The notes below the pieces were generated by a model that made no database searches, was not told the DNA's origin, and was given only the letters and a program-made list of their open reading frames with translations. Both the position numbers and the translations under genes were made by a program. From positions 65,497-129,496 of the forward strand of contig CAWKPF010000002.1 of the NCBI GenBank assembly GCA_963851415.1: a stretch of 64,000 nucleotides of DNA, read 5' to 3'. This DNA comes from an uncultured Acidobacteriota bacterium. GTDB lineage: Bacteria > Acidobacteriota > Thermoanaerobaculia > Multivoradales > Multivoraceae. Below, piece by piece: positions 35,401-45,500 of this stretch (position 1 is its first letter; each line of letters begins with the position of its first letter).

Positions 35401-36810
35401 ATGAGATTCCTCGATCGCGAAGAAGAGCTCGGACGACTCGACCGCCTGACGGCGACCGCGAGCGGGGGCCTCGCCGTCGTCTACGGTCGACGGCGGATCG
35501 GCAAGACTCGCCTTCTCGTCGAGTGGTCGCAACGACACGAGGGGGTCTACTCGGTCGCGGACCAGTCTGCTGTCGACGTGCAACGTCGATACCTGGCGCA
35601 GCACCTGGGCCAACGACTGCCCGACTTCGGCGACGTCGAGTATCCGGACTGGCAGACTCTCTTCAGTCGACTGGCGAGAGACGCGCAGACACTCGGCTTC
35701 AAGGGCCCCGTGGTTCTTGACGAGCTTCCCTATCTGGTGGCCAGCTCCCCCGAGCTCCCGTCCCTCCTCCAGCGTTTCTGCGACCACGACGCCACCCGAG
35801 CCAACCTGGTCCTGGCGATCGCGGGCTCGAGTCAGCGCATGATGCAGGGGCTCGTCCTCTCCGCCGACGCACCGCTCTACGGCCGTGCGAGCGTGGTGCT
35901 CGACCTCCAGCCGTTGCGCCCCGGCTGGCTGGTGCCGGCCCTGGGAACGAAGTCAGCGATCGAGACGGTGGAGAACTGGGCTGCGTGGGGCGGCGTCCCT
36001 CGCTACCTCGAGCTCGCCCGCGAGATCGAGGGCAGCGCCAGGGAGAGAATCGACGAGCTGGTGCTCGATCCCCACGGTCCCCTCCACCGTGAGCCCGACC
36101 GCCTGCTCCTCGAAGAAGTGCCGAGCGCAGTGGAGGTTCGACCCGTCCTCGATGCCATCGGGGCCGGAGCACACCGCGTCTCCGAGATCGCCGGCAGACT
36201 CGGGCGTCCCGCGACTTCCATGTCCCGACCCCTCGAGCGCCTGGTCGAGATGGGGCTGGTCGAGCGCCAGGTCCCCTTCGGTGAGCCGCCGCGCAAGAGC
36301 CGTCGCAGCCTCTACCGGATTCGCGATCCTCTCTTTCGTCTCTGGTTCCGTGTCGTCGCGCCGAACCGTGCGCAGCTCGCCACCGGCACGCGGGCCGCCC
36401 GACGCGCGATCCTCGCTCCACACTGGAGCGGGCTGGTGGCGCAGAGCTGGGAGGATCTGTGCCGAAGCGAGCTCCCCCGGGGAGGCCTCGCCTCAGAGCT
36501 GGGCCCACTGTCGGCCGCGAGCCGTTGGTGGCGAGGCAACGCCCCCGAGTGGGACGTCGTGGCCGAGGGTCTCGAGCGCGACGTGCTCTGGCTCGGTGAA
36601 GCGAAATGGAGCGATCGGCCCCTCACCCTCGCTCAGGTGAAGGGCGAAGCACAGAAGCTCGCCAGGAAGGCACTCCCGACCCTGGGCAGGAAGTACGAGA
36701 AGCACGAGATCGTGCGCGGGCTCATGGTCCCCCAGACCACCGGTCGCATCCCGAAGGAGGTCGAGGGAGTGAGGATCGTGAGGGCCCGGGAGCTGATCGC
36801 GAGAGCCTGA
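35401..36810 (+). CDS. ATPase (archaeal-ATPase/AAA-like) with DUF234-type C-terminal domain
   Basis: MRFLDREEELGRLDRL...VVYGRRRIGKTRLLVEW (P-loop). Central wHTH-like GAHRVSEIAGRLGRPATSMSRPLERLVEMGLVER. C-terminal EWDVVAEG...LWLGEAKWS resembles a PD-(D/E)xK-type D...E-x-K pattern. Confidence 0.75.
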   Translation: MRFLDREEELGRLDRLTATASGGLAVVYGRRRIGKTRLLVEWSQRHEGVYSVADQSAVDVQRRYLAQHLGQRLPDFGDVEYPDWQTLFSRLARDAQTLGFKGPVVLDELPYLVASSPELPSLLQRFCDHDATRANLVLAIAGSSQRMMQGLVLSADAPLYGRASVVLDLQPLRPGWLVPALGTKSAIETVENWAAWGGVPRYLELAREIEGSARERIDELVLDPHGPLHREPDRLLLEEVPSAVEVRPVLDAIGAGAHRVSEIAGRLGRPATSMSRPLERLVEMGLVERQVPFGEPPRKSRRSLYRIRDPLFRLWFRVVAPNRAQLATGTRAARRAILAPHWSGLVAQSWEDLCRSELPRGGLASELGPLSAASRWWRGNAPEWDVVAEGLERDVLWLGEAKWSDRPLTLAQVKGEAQKLARKALPTLGRKYEKHEIVRGLMVPQTTGRIPKEVEGVRIVRARELIARA

Positions 36811-36931
36811 GTCGGAGATCGGAGCAGCGACCAAGACCCGTCTACCGGACCGGATCGGCTCGAGCGTCGAGCAGCCCTTCCTCCTCTTCGAGGAGCTCGA
36901 GGACCTGCTCGGTCGGGAGAGGCAACGAGCC

Positions 36932-37102
36932 TCAGCTCTCCTCGACCAAGTCGTTTCCCGAGGCTGCGCCCGGGCGCTCTCGCAGATAGGCCTCCAGCGC
37001 GTCACCGACGATCTGGCTGATCTGGCGGTCGCTGCGCGCCGCTTCGAGCTTCACTCGGCGATAGAGCCCCGGCTCGATCATGCTGCTGATCTTCCGATTC
37101 AT
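36932..37102 (-). CDS. orphan ribbon-helix-helix (CopG/VapB-like) antitoxin, probably truncated
   Basis: MNRKISSMIEPGLYRRVKLEAARSDRQISQIVGDALEAYL... An alternative ATG is at 37126. The ORF stops at a TGA, after which 29 further GC3-biased in-frame codons follow. No toxin gene lies downstream. Confidence 0.55.
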   Translation of the reverse strand: MNRKISSMIEPGLYRRVKLEAARSDRQISQIVGDALEAYLRERPGAASGNDLVEES

Positions 37103-37303
37103 GTCAGAACGACGACCCGATGTCATGATGTCGTCAAGACGAGCGTCGCTCACTCTCAGCCCCGCTTTTCCACCTCTACCTGAAAGAACGAGATCCGTGA
37201 TCCTGAACTGCCACCGAGTTCCAGGTCCACAGCGGAGCCGTTCGTTTCCACATCTGGCGCGCTGCCAGAACACCGTCATGGCCGTGCGGGCCCATCCAGG
37301 AGA

Positions 37304-40300
37304 TCAGGAGCCTCCCGACGTCCCTGCCATCGCGGAGCCCGCGTCATCGGCCAGCGGCAGCCAGTCCGGATAGTCCGCCCACCCCGGGAACGGGGCGTAG
37401 TCGATCGAGTACCCGGTGTCGCTCTCGGGGTCTTCGACGGCGCGGAAGTTGGTCAGCCTTCGCAGGAGAGCGAGCAGCTCCGCTCTCGGCAGGGTGTGGA
37501 TCGGCGGCTTCGTGACGTCCGGCATCGGCCAGAGACGGACCGCACCGTCGGCCCCCATGGAGGCGATCCAGCGCCCGTCTGGAGACACGTCGACGCTGTT
37601 GACCGCTCCTTCGTGACCGAGCAGTCGATGAGGCTCTCCTCCATCGATAGGTCCGACGCGGATCTCGCCGTCCGCGCCGCCCGTCACCAGCACCCTCTCG
37701 TCGGGGTCGAGTGCCGCGCTCAGGGCCAACGGGTGGCCCGCCACGAGTCGCTCTTCTCCGGTCTCGAGGTCGTAGACCTCGACCCCGGCTTCGACCCGTT
37801 GCTGAAGATACGTGGGGTAGACACCCATCGTGGCGTAGAGGAAGCGGTTGTCACGGGTGACCGCACCGGCCTGCCCCTCACCGAGCCACCGCTCACTGCC
37901 ATCCTCCAGGCTCCAGAGCCGTGTGCCCGACCACCCAGACACGAAGACCGAGCGACTGTCCGGAGTGAAACCGACGCGGAGGAACGCGGGGTCCTGGCCT
38001 GCGGGCGGGGGTTTGTCGGGACTTGCTGACAGGAGCAGCCGAACCTCATCTTCGTTGTGGAGATCCCAGACCAGGAGCTCCGGATATCCGGCCCCTAGCC
38101 GCGAAGCGTCCGTCGGGACTGATCGCGACCGGCACCAGGGAGTGTCCCGCACTCGACACGGGAGAAGGACGCTTCGTCACTCTCCGGCAAGCGTTGCGCT
38201 GCCCCACTCTCGATGTCGACCAGCCAGACGTTGGCGTTCCCCTCGCCCACCAGAACGCGCCGCCCATCGGGATGCCACGCGACCGAGTACAGTCCCTGGG
38301 GCCGCCGAAACAGCTCCGATTCGAACGAGCCGAATGCTTGCCCGAACCAGCAGCACTTCGACTCCACAGGCGGAGCGTGCCTTCGAGCTCGACACTGGCG
38401 ATCCGTGAGCCATCGGGGGAGAAGGCCACGCCGAAGCCCTCATTCGGCCCCTCAATGACGTAAGGATGTCTCCGTTCTGCCGGCCACAAGCCCAGACCAA
38501 GGGAGCGGTCCCAGATGGCGAGCCACTGCTCGGCCGAGTCCAGATCCAGAGCCCGGGGGTTGCCACCGACCTGGTCGCGAAGGAAGACCAGCGGTTCCGT
38601 CTCGGGCGGCTGGAGAAGATCCCAGACCTCCGCCCATTGCTGTCCGGCCCGGTTGTGGGCCGCCAGGCGCTCACCGGACGGGGAGAAAGCGAGGCTGGTG
38701 ATCGGCCGATCCAGACGGCGCTCCCAGAGCAAGGCGCCCGAGAGGTCCTCCGTGCGACGCACCCGAACCCGGCCCTGGTCGTCCGCCGTAGCGATGAGCT
38801 CGCCCCCGGGGCTGAGCTCCACCCGAACCACCCGTCGTGCATGTTCGTGACAGACCAAAGGCCGTTCGCTCAGTTGCCGCCATCGATAGACGCAGACCTC
38901 TCCCCGATTCGCCACGGCCAAGAAAGGACCTCCAGCTCGAACGCGGTCTACGCTCACCGGAAAGACGGAGGAATCGAGACGTCCGACCTCCACCACGGTA
39001 CGCTCACTCAGCGACCAGGCGCGGACCACCGCCTCCTCCTGGAGATGCTCGAAGGTCAGCACGTGCTCCGAGTCGGGAAGGCGAATCTCCGACCCCCGCA
39101 TCGGCCTCCACCAGAGCGACGGGTCCTCGGTTTGAGTCGAGTACACGACCAGAACCTGCCCCGCGGCGAACTCGATCATCGCGTCGCGACCTGGAACCCC
39201 AGAAGGCCCTCTCAACGACTCCCCCTCGAGCGCCGCCACGAGATCGGGGGGAAACACGACTCGTGCGACGGTCCCGCCTCTTCGATAGAAAGTCCGCGCG
39301 CGAACGCCCTCCTCCTCGGACTTCGGCCCGCCGAATCAGCGACACCATCTGCAGAAAACGACAGAGAATGCCCCGCCCCGACGCCCACATGGGAGACGAG
39401 CGGTCCCGACCAGAGGGCCTCCAGGACGAGCTCCCGCGCAGCAGGTGAGTCGTGCACCTGCAGACTCTCGATCGCGTGGGCGAGCGCACCGGTCGGGCTG
39501 CTCGCGGTCGGATCCTTCGCCAGCTCGGACCGCCCGAGCGCCACCAGCTCACTCGCCTCGGCACGCTTCGTCTCCGCCACCGAGCGTCGCCAGAACGCAC
39601 CGACGACCAATAAACCCATCGAAAAGGACCGCGAACGCAGACACCGCCGCGACCCTCCGGCGACGCCGCTGCCGATGCGCGTGCCCGACCATCGCGCCGG
39701 CGAAGTCCTCTTCCAGGGAGCTCATGCCTCCCGGGTAGCGCTCGCGCCAGAGCTCGTACTCCTTGAAGGCGCTCCCGGTCCACAGCAGATCGTCGGGGCG
39801 GCCTCGCTCCTCCCAGATCAACGCCGACTGACGCAGTTGATCGAGCAGCTGGGCCCCGTCCTCGTCCTGCGCCTGCCAGCGCACGAGCCGAGGCCAGGAG
39901 CGCAGCAGCGACTCGTGGATGATCTCGACCCGTTGTCGCGGCTCTCTCGCCGTCGCTGTCGAGCTCGTAGGAGGTCAGAAGGCGCGCATCGATGAGTTCC
40001 GTCAGCACCCGACTCGCCGCCTCCCGATCTTCGAAAGCCGACAGCAGCTCTTCGCGATCCCAGGTGGCGCGGGTTCGTTGAGCCGTGACCAGCCTGCGGA
40101 ACAGCCCACGCACCACGGGCAGGTTCTCCTCACCGATCTTCTCCAGCGTGCTCTCGGCGTGACGGCCGAGCGCACCCTCGACACCCCCGATCCGCTCGTA
40201 GGCGGCGCGCGTGAGAAGTCCCCGCTCCCGATCGCGGCGCTCCCACATCTGCGCGGCCGCAAACGCGATGAGGGGCAGGGCACCGCGCTCCCCTTCGACG

Positions 40301-41958
40301 GCCGACACCATCTCGTCGACCAGCGCATCATCTTCGAATCGGTAGCCACAACGAAGGGCCGGCTGCACCAGCGCCCGGCGCAGCCCGCTCCCCGAGAGGG
40401 TCTCGAGCCCGGTCACCTCGGAGAACACGGGCCGCAGCGACTCGTGCCGATTGCAGTGCATGAAGAAGTCGTCGCGCATCGACACCAGCACGTGGACGTC
40501 GGCTTCGAGAGCCAGGCGCCCGAGCAGGTCGGCAAATCGCTCCTGAACCTCTTCGGGATTCTGCGTGAACAGCTCTTCGAACTGGTCGAGCACGATGAGG
40601 GCGTGACCGTGCCGCTCGCGCCAGCGTGAAACCAGCGACACCGCGACGTCGGGCTCTTCGAAGCGCAGCAGCTCGCGCATCGACTCGGTGTCGCCCGCGA
40701 GCTCCTCCACCAGGGACTCGCCCAGCGCCATGAAGGGTCGGTTGCCGGGCTGCGCCACCACGGCACGCCAGTCGTCCGGCATGGCGGCAAGGAGTCCGGC
40801 GCGGACGAAGGAGCTCTTGCCTGCGCCCGAGGGTCCGATCAAGGCGAGCAGATGCGGCTGGCGCAGCTTCTTCCACATCTCCTCCACTTCGAGCTCGCGG
40901 CCGAAGAAGAACTTCGCGTTCTCCGACGTGAAGGAGGCGAGACCCGGGTACGGAGTGACCCCTTCTTCGGCGGCGCGAACCGTCAGCTCTTCGAGAGCTC
41001 GCGACAGTTCGGCCGCGCTACCGGGTCGATCGTCCCTCCTCGGAGAGAGCGCACTGCGCAAGGCAGGAGCCCAGGGCGTGTCGGCGAGATCGGGCGGTGT
41101 CTGCCGGCAACTCTCCCAGAGAGCGTGGCGATCCTCGCGCGCGCGGACTCCCTTTGGCGCGATCATTTCGGCCAGCAGGATCGCCGACGAGAACACATCG
41201 GCCCGCGCGTCGAGCGCCTCCCCGAGCGCCTGCTCGGGGGACATGTAGGCCGGAGTGCCCGCCACGGTCTTGGTCTCGTCCGCAGCGAGGATCTTGGCGA
41301 CTCCGAAATCCATCACCACCACCCGACCCGCGCGGGTCAGCATCACGTTCTCCGGCTTGATGTCCCGATGCACCAGCTCGGCCGCGTGAATCGCCTCGAG
41401 TCCGGCCAGGAACTGAGCCGCGATCTCGCGCGCTTCGTCCATCGGAAGAGGCGAGCGCTCGCGCAGCACCTCGGCCAGCGTGTGGCCATCGACGTACTCC
41501 ATCGACACCAGCTCGCGCCCCTCGATCTCTTCCAGCTGGTACACCCGGCACACATTGGGTGAGACCACCTCGCGAGCCGTTCGCACCTCCTGGCGCAGCG
41601 TCTCGAGCGCTCGCTCGCTGGCCAGCAGCTGGGGATGCAGCGCCTTGAGTGCCACGTCGACCCGCAGCTTCAGATCGAACGCCTGCCACACCTCCCCCAT
41701 CCCGCCGCCACCGAGGCGGGCACGGATCTGGTAGCGGCCACCGAGGATCTTGCCAGGCGAGATCTCGGCGCTTGCCGAGTCGAGCGTGGAGGCGTTACCG
41801 CGACCGTGCCGCTGATCCGCCTGCAACTCCTCGTGCAACGTTGGCTGCTCGATCGCGAGCCTCGCCATGCAGGAGAGACACACTCCCTGCGCCCACGACT
41901 CGTTGGTGAGCGGAGTGCCGCAGTCGGGACAGCGATCGAGACGAGCGGGCGAGGTCAC
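37304..41958 (-). pseudogene. multiply frameshifted paralog of the Ser/Thr kinase-STAND NTPase-TM-WD40 gene
   Basis: Homology to the intact 42548..47281 protein can be followed through track ORFs 39004..41958, 39549..39884, 39212..39619, 38046..39257, 38095..38367 and 37304..38152. Every step is a change of frame, with shifts near 39942, 39620, 39246-39251, about 38370, about 38150 and about 38100. Confidence 0.8.
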
Positions 41959-42006
41959 CGTGGCCCTCCCTCAGGCCACTCCGAGAGCGCTGGCTCGACC
42001 GGATGT

Positions 42007-42034
42007 GTATGACATGTCATACTCGTATGACATG
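42007..42034. promoter_or_regulatory. candidate relBE operator: 16-bp perfect palindrome GTATGACATGTCATAC plus a third half-site GTATGACATG
   Basis: Read directly: palindrome at 42007-42022 and repeated half-site at 42025-42034. Both overlap the first two candidate ATGs of the antitoxin. Confidence 0.5.
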
Positions 42035-42256
42035 AGTGCCACCATGTTATCGATTCGCCTCGATCCAGAGATCGAAGAGCGCCTCCGCCAGCTGGCCGAG
42101 AAGACGGGAAGGACGAAGAGCTTCTACGTGCGCGAGGCCATTCTCGAGCACCTCGAGGAGATGGAAGACCGCTATCTGGCGATTGATCGCCTCGAGAAAC
42201 CGGCCCGCCGGCTGACGCTGGACGAGGTGGAGCAGGAGCTTGACCTGGACGGTTGA
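42014..42256 (+). CDS. relB: RHH-type antitoxin (RelB/ParD/CopG-like)
   Basis: ...[53 protein letters not shown]... The start is ambiguous (ATG 42014, 42032 or 42044). It overlaps the toxin gene by 17 nt. Confidence 0.8.
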   Translation: MSYSYDMSATMLSIRLDPEIEERLRQLAEKTGRTKSFYVREAILEHLEEMEDRYLAIDRLEKPARRLTLDEVEQELDLDG

Positions 42257-42506
42257 GCTCGACGAACGTGCCGTCAAGGAGCTGCGCAAGCTGGACCGTC
42301 AGGTGCAGCGCCGCATCCTCTCCTTCCTGCGCCAGCGCATCGCGATCGACCAAGACCCGCGGCGACTGGGGCAGGCGCTGAGCGGAACCGAGCTGTCCCT
42401 GTGGCGGTACCGAGTGGGCGACTATCGAGTGATCTGCCAGCTCGAGGATGAGACCGTCGTCGTCCTCGTGGTGCGCATCGGACATCGGCGTGAGGTCTAC
42501 CGCTAG
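42240..42506 (+). CDS. relE: RelE/ParE-family type II toxin
   Basis: 88 aa, TTG start. [30 protein letters not shown]...[35 protein letters not shown] is a textbook RelE/StbE pattern. Confidence 0.9.
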   Translation: MTWTVELDERAVKELRKLDRQVQRRILSFLRQRIAIDQDPRRLGQALSGTELSLWRYRVGDYRVICQLEDETVVVLVVRIGHRREVYR

Positions 42507-42547
42507 CGACAACGGCCGCTGACTTGCGTGCCGGACTGTCGCGAAGC

Positions 42548-45500
42548 TCAAGAGCTGCCTCCGGCGGAAGTCGGCCGTTCCTCTTCTGCATCCGCGGCCA
42601 AAGGCAGCCAGTCCGGGTAGTCCGCCCAACCCGGGAACGGGTCATAGTCGATCGAGTAGCCCGTCTCGCTCTCCGGGTCTTCGACCGCGCGGAAGTTGGT
42701 CAGCCGCTTCAGGAAAGCGAGGAGATCGTCCTGGGGGAGAGTGTGGATCGGCACCTTGGTGACATCGGGCACCGGCCAGATACGCACGCTGCCGTCAGCT
42801 CCGGACGACACGAGCCAGAGTCCGTCGGGCGAGAAGTCGAGCGAGTAGACCGGCCCTACGTGCCCGAGCAGCAGATGCGGCTCTTCGCCGGTGATCGGAC
42901 CGACTCGGATCACACCCTGCCAGTCACCGCTCGCCAGAATCGACTCGCTCGGGTCTAGCGCCACCACCGTCGCCACTCCGTGATTCGGCAGCACCTCGTA
43001 GTCGCCGTTCTCGAGGTCATAGATCCGCACGGGATCGGCTCCCGCCTCCTGACCCCATTCCTGCTTCATGCCCAGAGTCGCAAACACCCTGCGCCCGTCG
43101 CGCGACACCTGGGACACGAAGCCCTCCCCGAGGATTTCGAAGGTGCCATCGTCGAGGTCCCAGACCCTGATCGCGTCCCACTCGGAGGCCACGATCTTCC
43201 GGCTGTCTGGGGTGAAGTGGACTCCAAGGAAGCTGGGCTCGGGAGGGAACGGGCCTCTCGGCCCGCGCTCCTTCTCCTCTGGCACCAGCACCCGCACATC
43301 GACGGCCCCGAGTGACTCGGCCTCGAGAGACCAGACCAGCAGCTCAGGGCCCCCCGCACCAGCTGCGTAGCGCCCATCGGGACTCACGGCCACGGGGTAA
43401 GGGGTGGCCATCGCGACCATCCGTCCGGAGAAGCGCGCCGTTGCGGTCTGCGGTAGCTCTCGCGCCTCGCCCGACACCACATCGACAAACCAGGTCGTCC
43501 CGTCTCCTTCCCCCGCCATCACACGCCGACCATCTGGATGCCACGATACCGACCTGATACCGGAGTAGGGCTGGATTAGCTTCGAGAGCGTTCCCGTGAC
43601 GTGGCCCCTCTGCAGGTGCCGTAGCGCCCCCCGGAACGCCCCCTCCCCCCAGGACAGACTTCGTCCATCCGGCGAGAAGGAAGCGGAAAGTGTGTCGGTC
43701 GATCCGTCGGCGACGAACGGATGGCGCCGTGCAGCTGGCCACATCGTCAGGCCACCGATGTTGGTGAAGCCGAGAATCCACTGACCCCCGGCGCCCCAAC
43801 GGACCTCATGATGGGTCGCTCCCTGGTGACGGCTGAAGAGAAGTGGCTCCATCTCGGGTGGATAGTCGAGATTCCAGACGCTGGCGAACGCAGCCCCCCC
43901 GCGAGGCCAGGCCAGCCATCTGGTGTTGGTGGCATCGAAAGCTCGATCGTGGCTGCGACCGAGCGCTCGAGACCACTCTCCCGAGGCTCTTCCCAGCTCC
44001 CGCCGCCACATCCGCATTCGACCTTCTGGGTCGAAGCTGCCCACCAACTGACCGTCGAAGCTCAAAAAGGCACCCGTCGCTTCTGAGGGGAGATCATGGC
44101 AGTCCGTCGGCCCCGTCTGCGGCGATTCCCACTGCCAAACACAAACGCGATCGTCGACTGCGATGGCAGCCACGGACGAAGAATGGGCTCTGGGTCCCGC
44201 TGGAAGCCGACCGAGCTCTCGTGGCATTCCACCATCGAGCGGCCAGTAGCTGATCTCTCGCCATTCTCCGTCTACGGCGATGGCCACGAGTTCTTCCGAG
44301 CTGCGCACGTAGAAGAAGGCCTCGGTTCCAAGGTTCTCCCATCGCAACACGCGACCTTGCGGTGGTGGCGACAGAACCACGAACCCACGGAGGTAGACGT
44401 CCACCATCAGTTCGCGTCCAGGAACCGCCTGGGTGATCATCATGTCGCCGAGCGCATCGTTTTCCAGCTCGCGCACGAGGTCCGGCGGGTAGGGCAAGAC
44501 CTCAGTGGTCCCGTCGCGGTGATAGAGGCGACGCCCCTGCAGTCGGTCCTCCGCCAGGACCGGCCCCGCGAGCCAGGTTCCGCTCGAGCTCATCTCGGAC
44601 GACCGCCCGGAGGCATGTTCCGCCTGCACGTGAATCGCCAACGGTCCCGCCCACAAGGCATCCATCACCAGTCGTCGTACCGCGGGATCGTCCTGCAGCT
44701 CGAGCCGTTTCATGGCGTAGGCGAGCGCTCCCGTCGGGTCCTTCTCGGTCGGATCCGAGGGCAGGTGAGAGCGACCGAGCGAGAGAAGATGGTTCGCTTC
44801 CACCTGCCGGCCCGCGTCGACGGCTCGACGCCAGAACCCGGTAACCACGAGTACCGTCGCTGCCAGGAAGGCCACCGCCATTGCCACTGCGATCCGCCGT
44901 CTCCGACGCTTTCGCCCCGACAACTCCACCATGGCGTCGGCGAACTCCGCTTCCGTCGAGCTCAGAGCTCCTGAGTAGTCCTCGCGCCAGAGCTCGTACT
45001 CCTTGAAGGCTTTGCCGGTCCATAGCAGATCGTCGGGCCGGCCTCGGTCTTCCCAGATCGACGCTGCCTGACGCAGCTGATCCAGCAACTGTGCCGAGTC
45101 TTCGTCCCGGACCTGCCACCTGACCAATCGAGGCCACGAGCGCAGAAGCGATTCGTGGATGATCTCGACCCGGTGCCGAGGCTCGGCGTCTTCCTCTTCG
45201 CTTTGCCGCTCGTAGGACGTCACGAGACGCGCATCGATCAGCACGTTCAGCACCCGACTCGCGGCCTCTCGATCCTCGAACGCCGAAAGCAGCTCGTCAC
45301 GGTCCCAGGTGGCGCGCGTGCGCTGCGCGGTGACCAGACGCCGGAAGAAATCCCGAACGACCACCACGTTCTCTTCGCCGATCTCCTCGAGCGTGGCATC
45401 GGCATGGCGCGCCAACGCGCCGGCAACGCCGCCGATCTCTTCGTACGTGCGCCGCGTGAGCACCCCTCGCTCGCGGTCGCGCCCTTCCCACAGCTGGGCA

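Noticed and set aside
36932-36934. TGA recoding (selenocysteine or readthrough) in the RHH antitoxin
   Set aside because: There is no SECIS-like context and no functional reason for recoding. A Trp-to-stop nonsense mutation in a decaying toxin-antitoxin remnant is the simpler reading.
42506-42542. Bidirectional terminator between relE and the kinase gene
   Set aside because: An imperfect hairpin (GCGACA...TGTCGC with an inner CGGC/GCCG) exists, but there is no U-tract on either strand. That is too weak to call.
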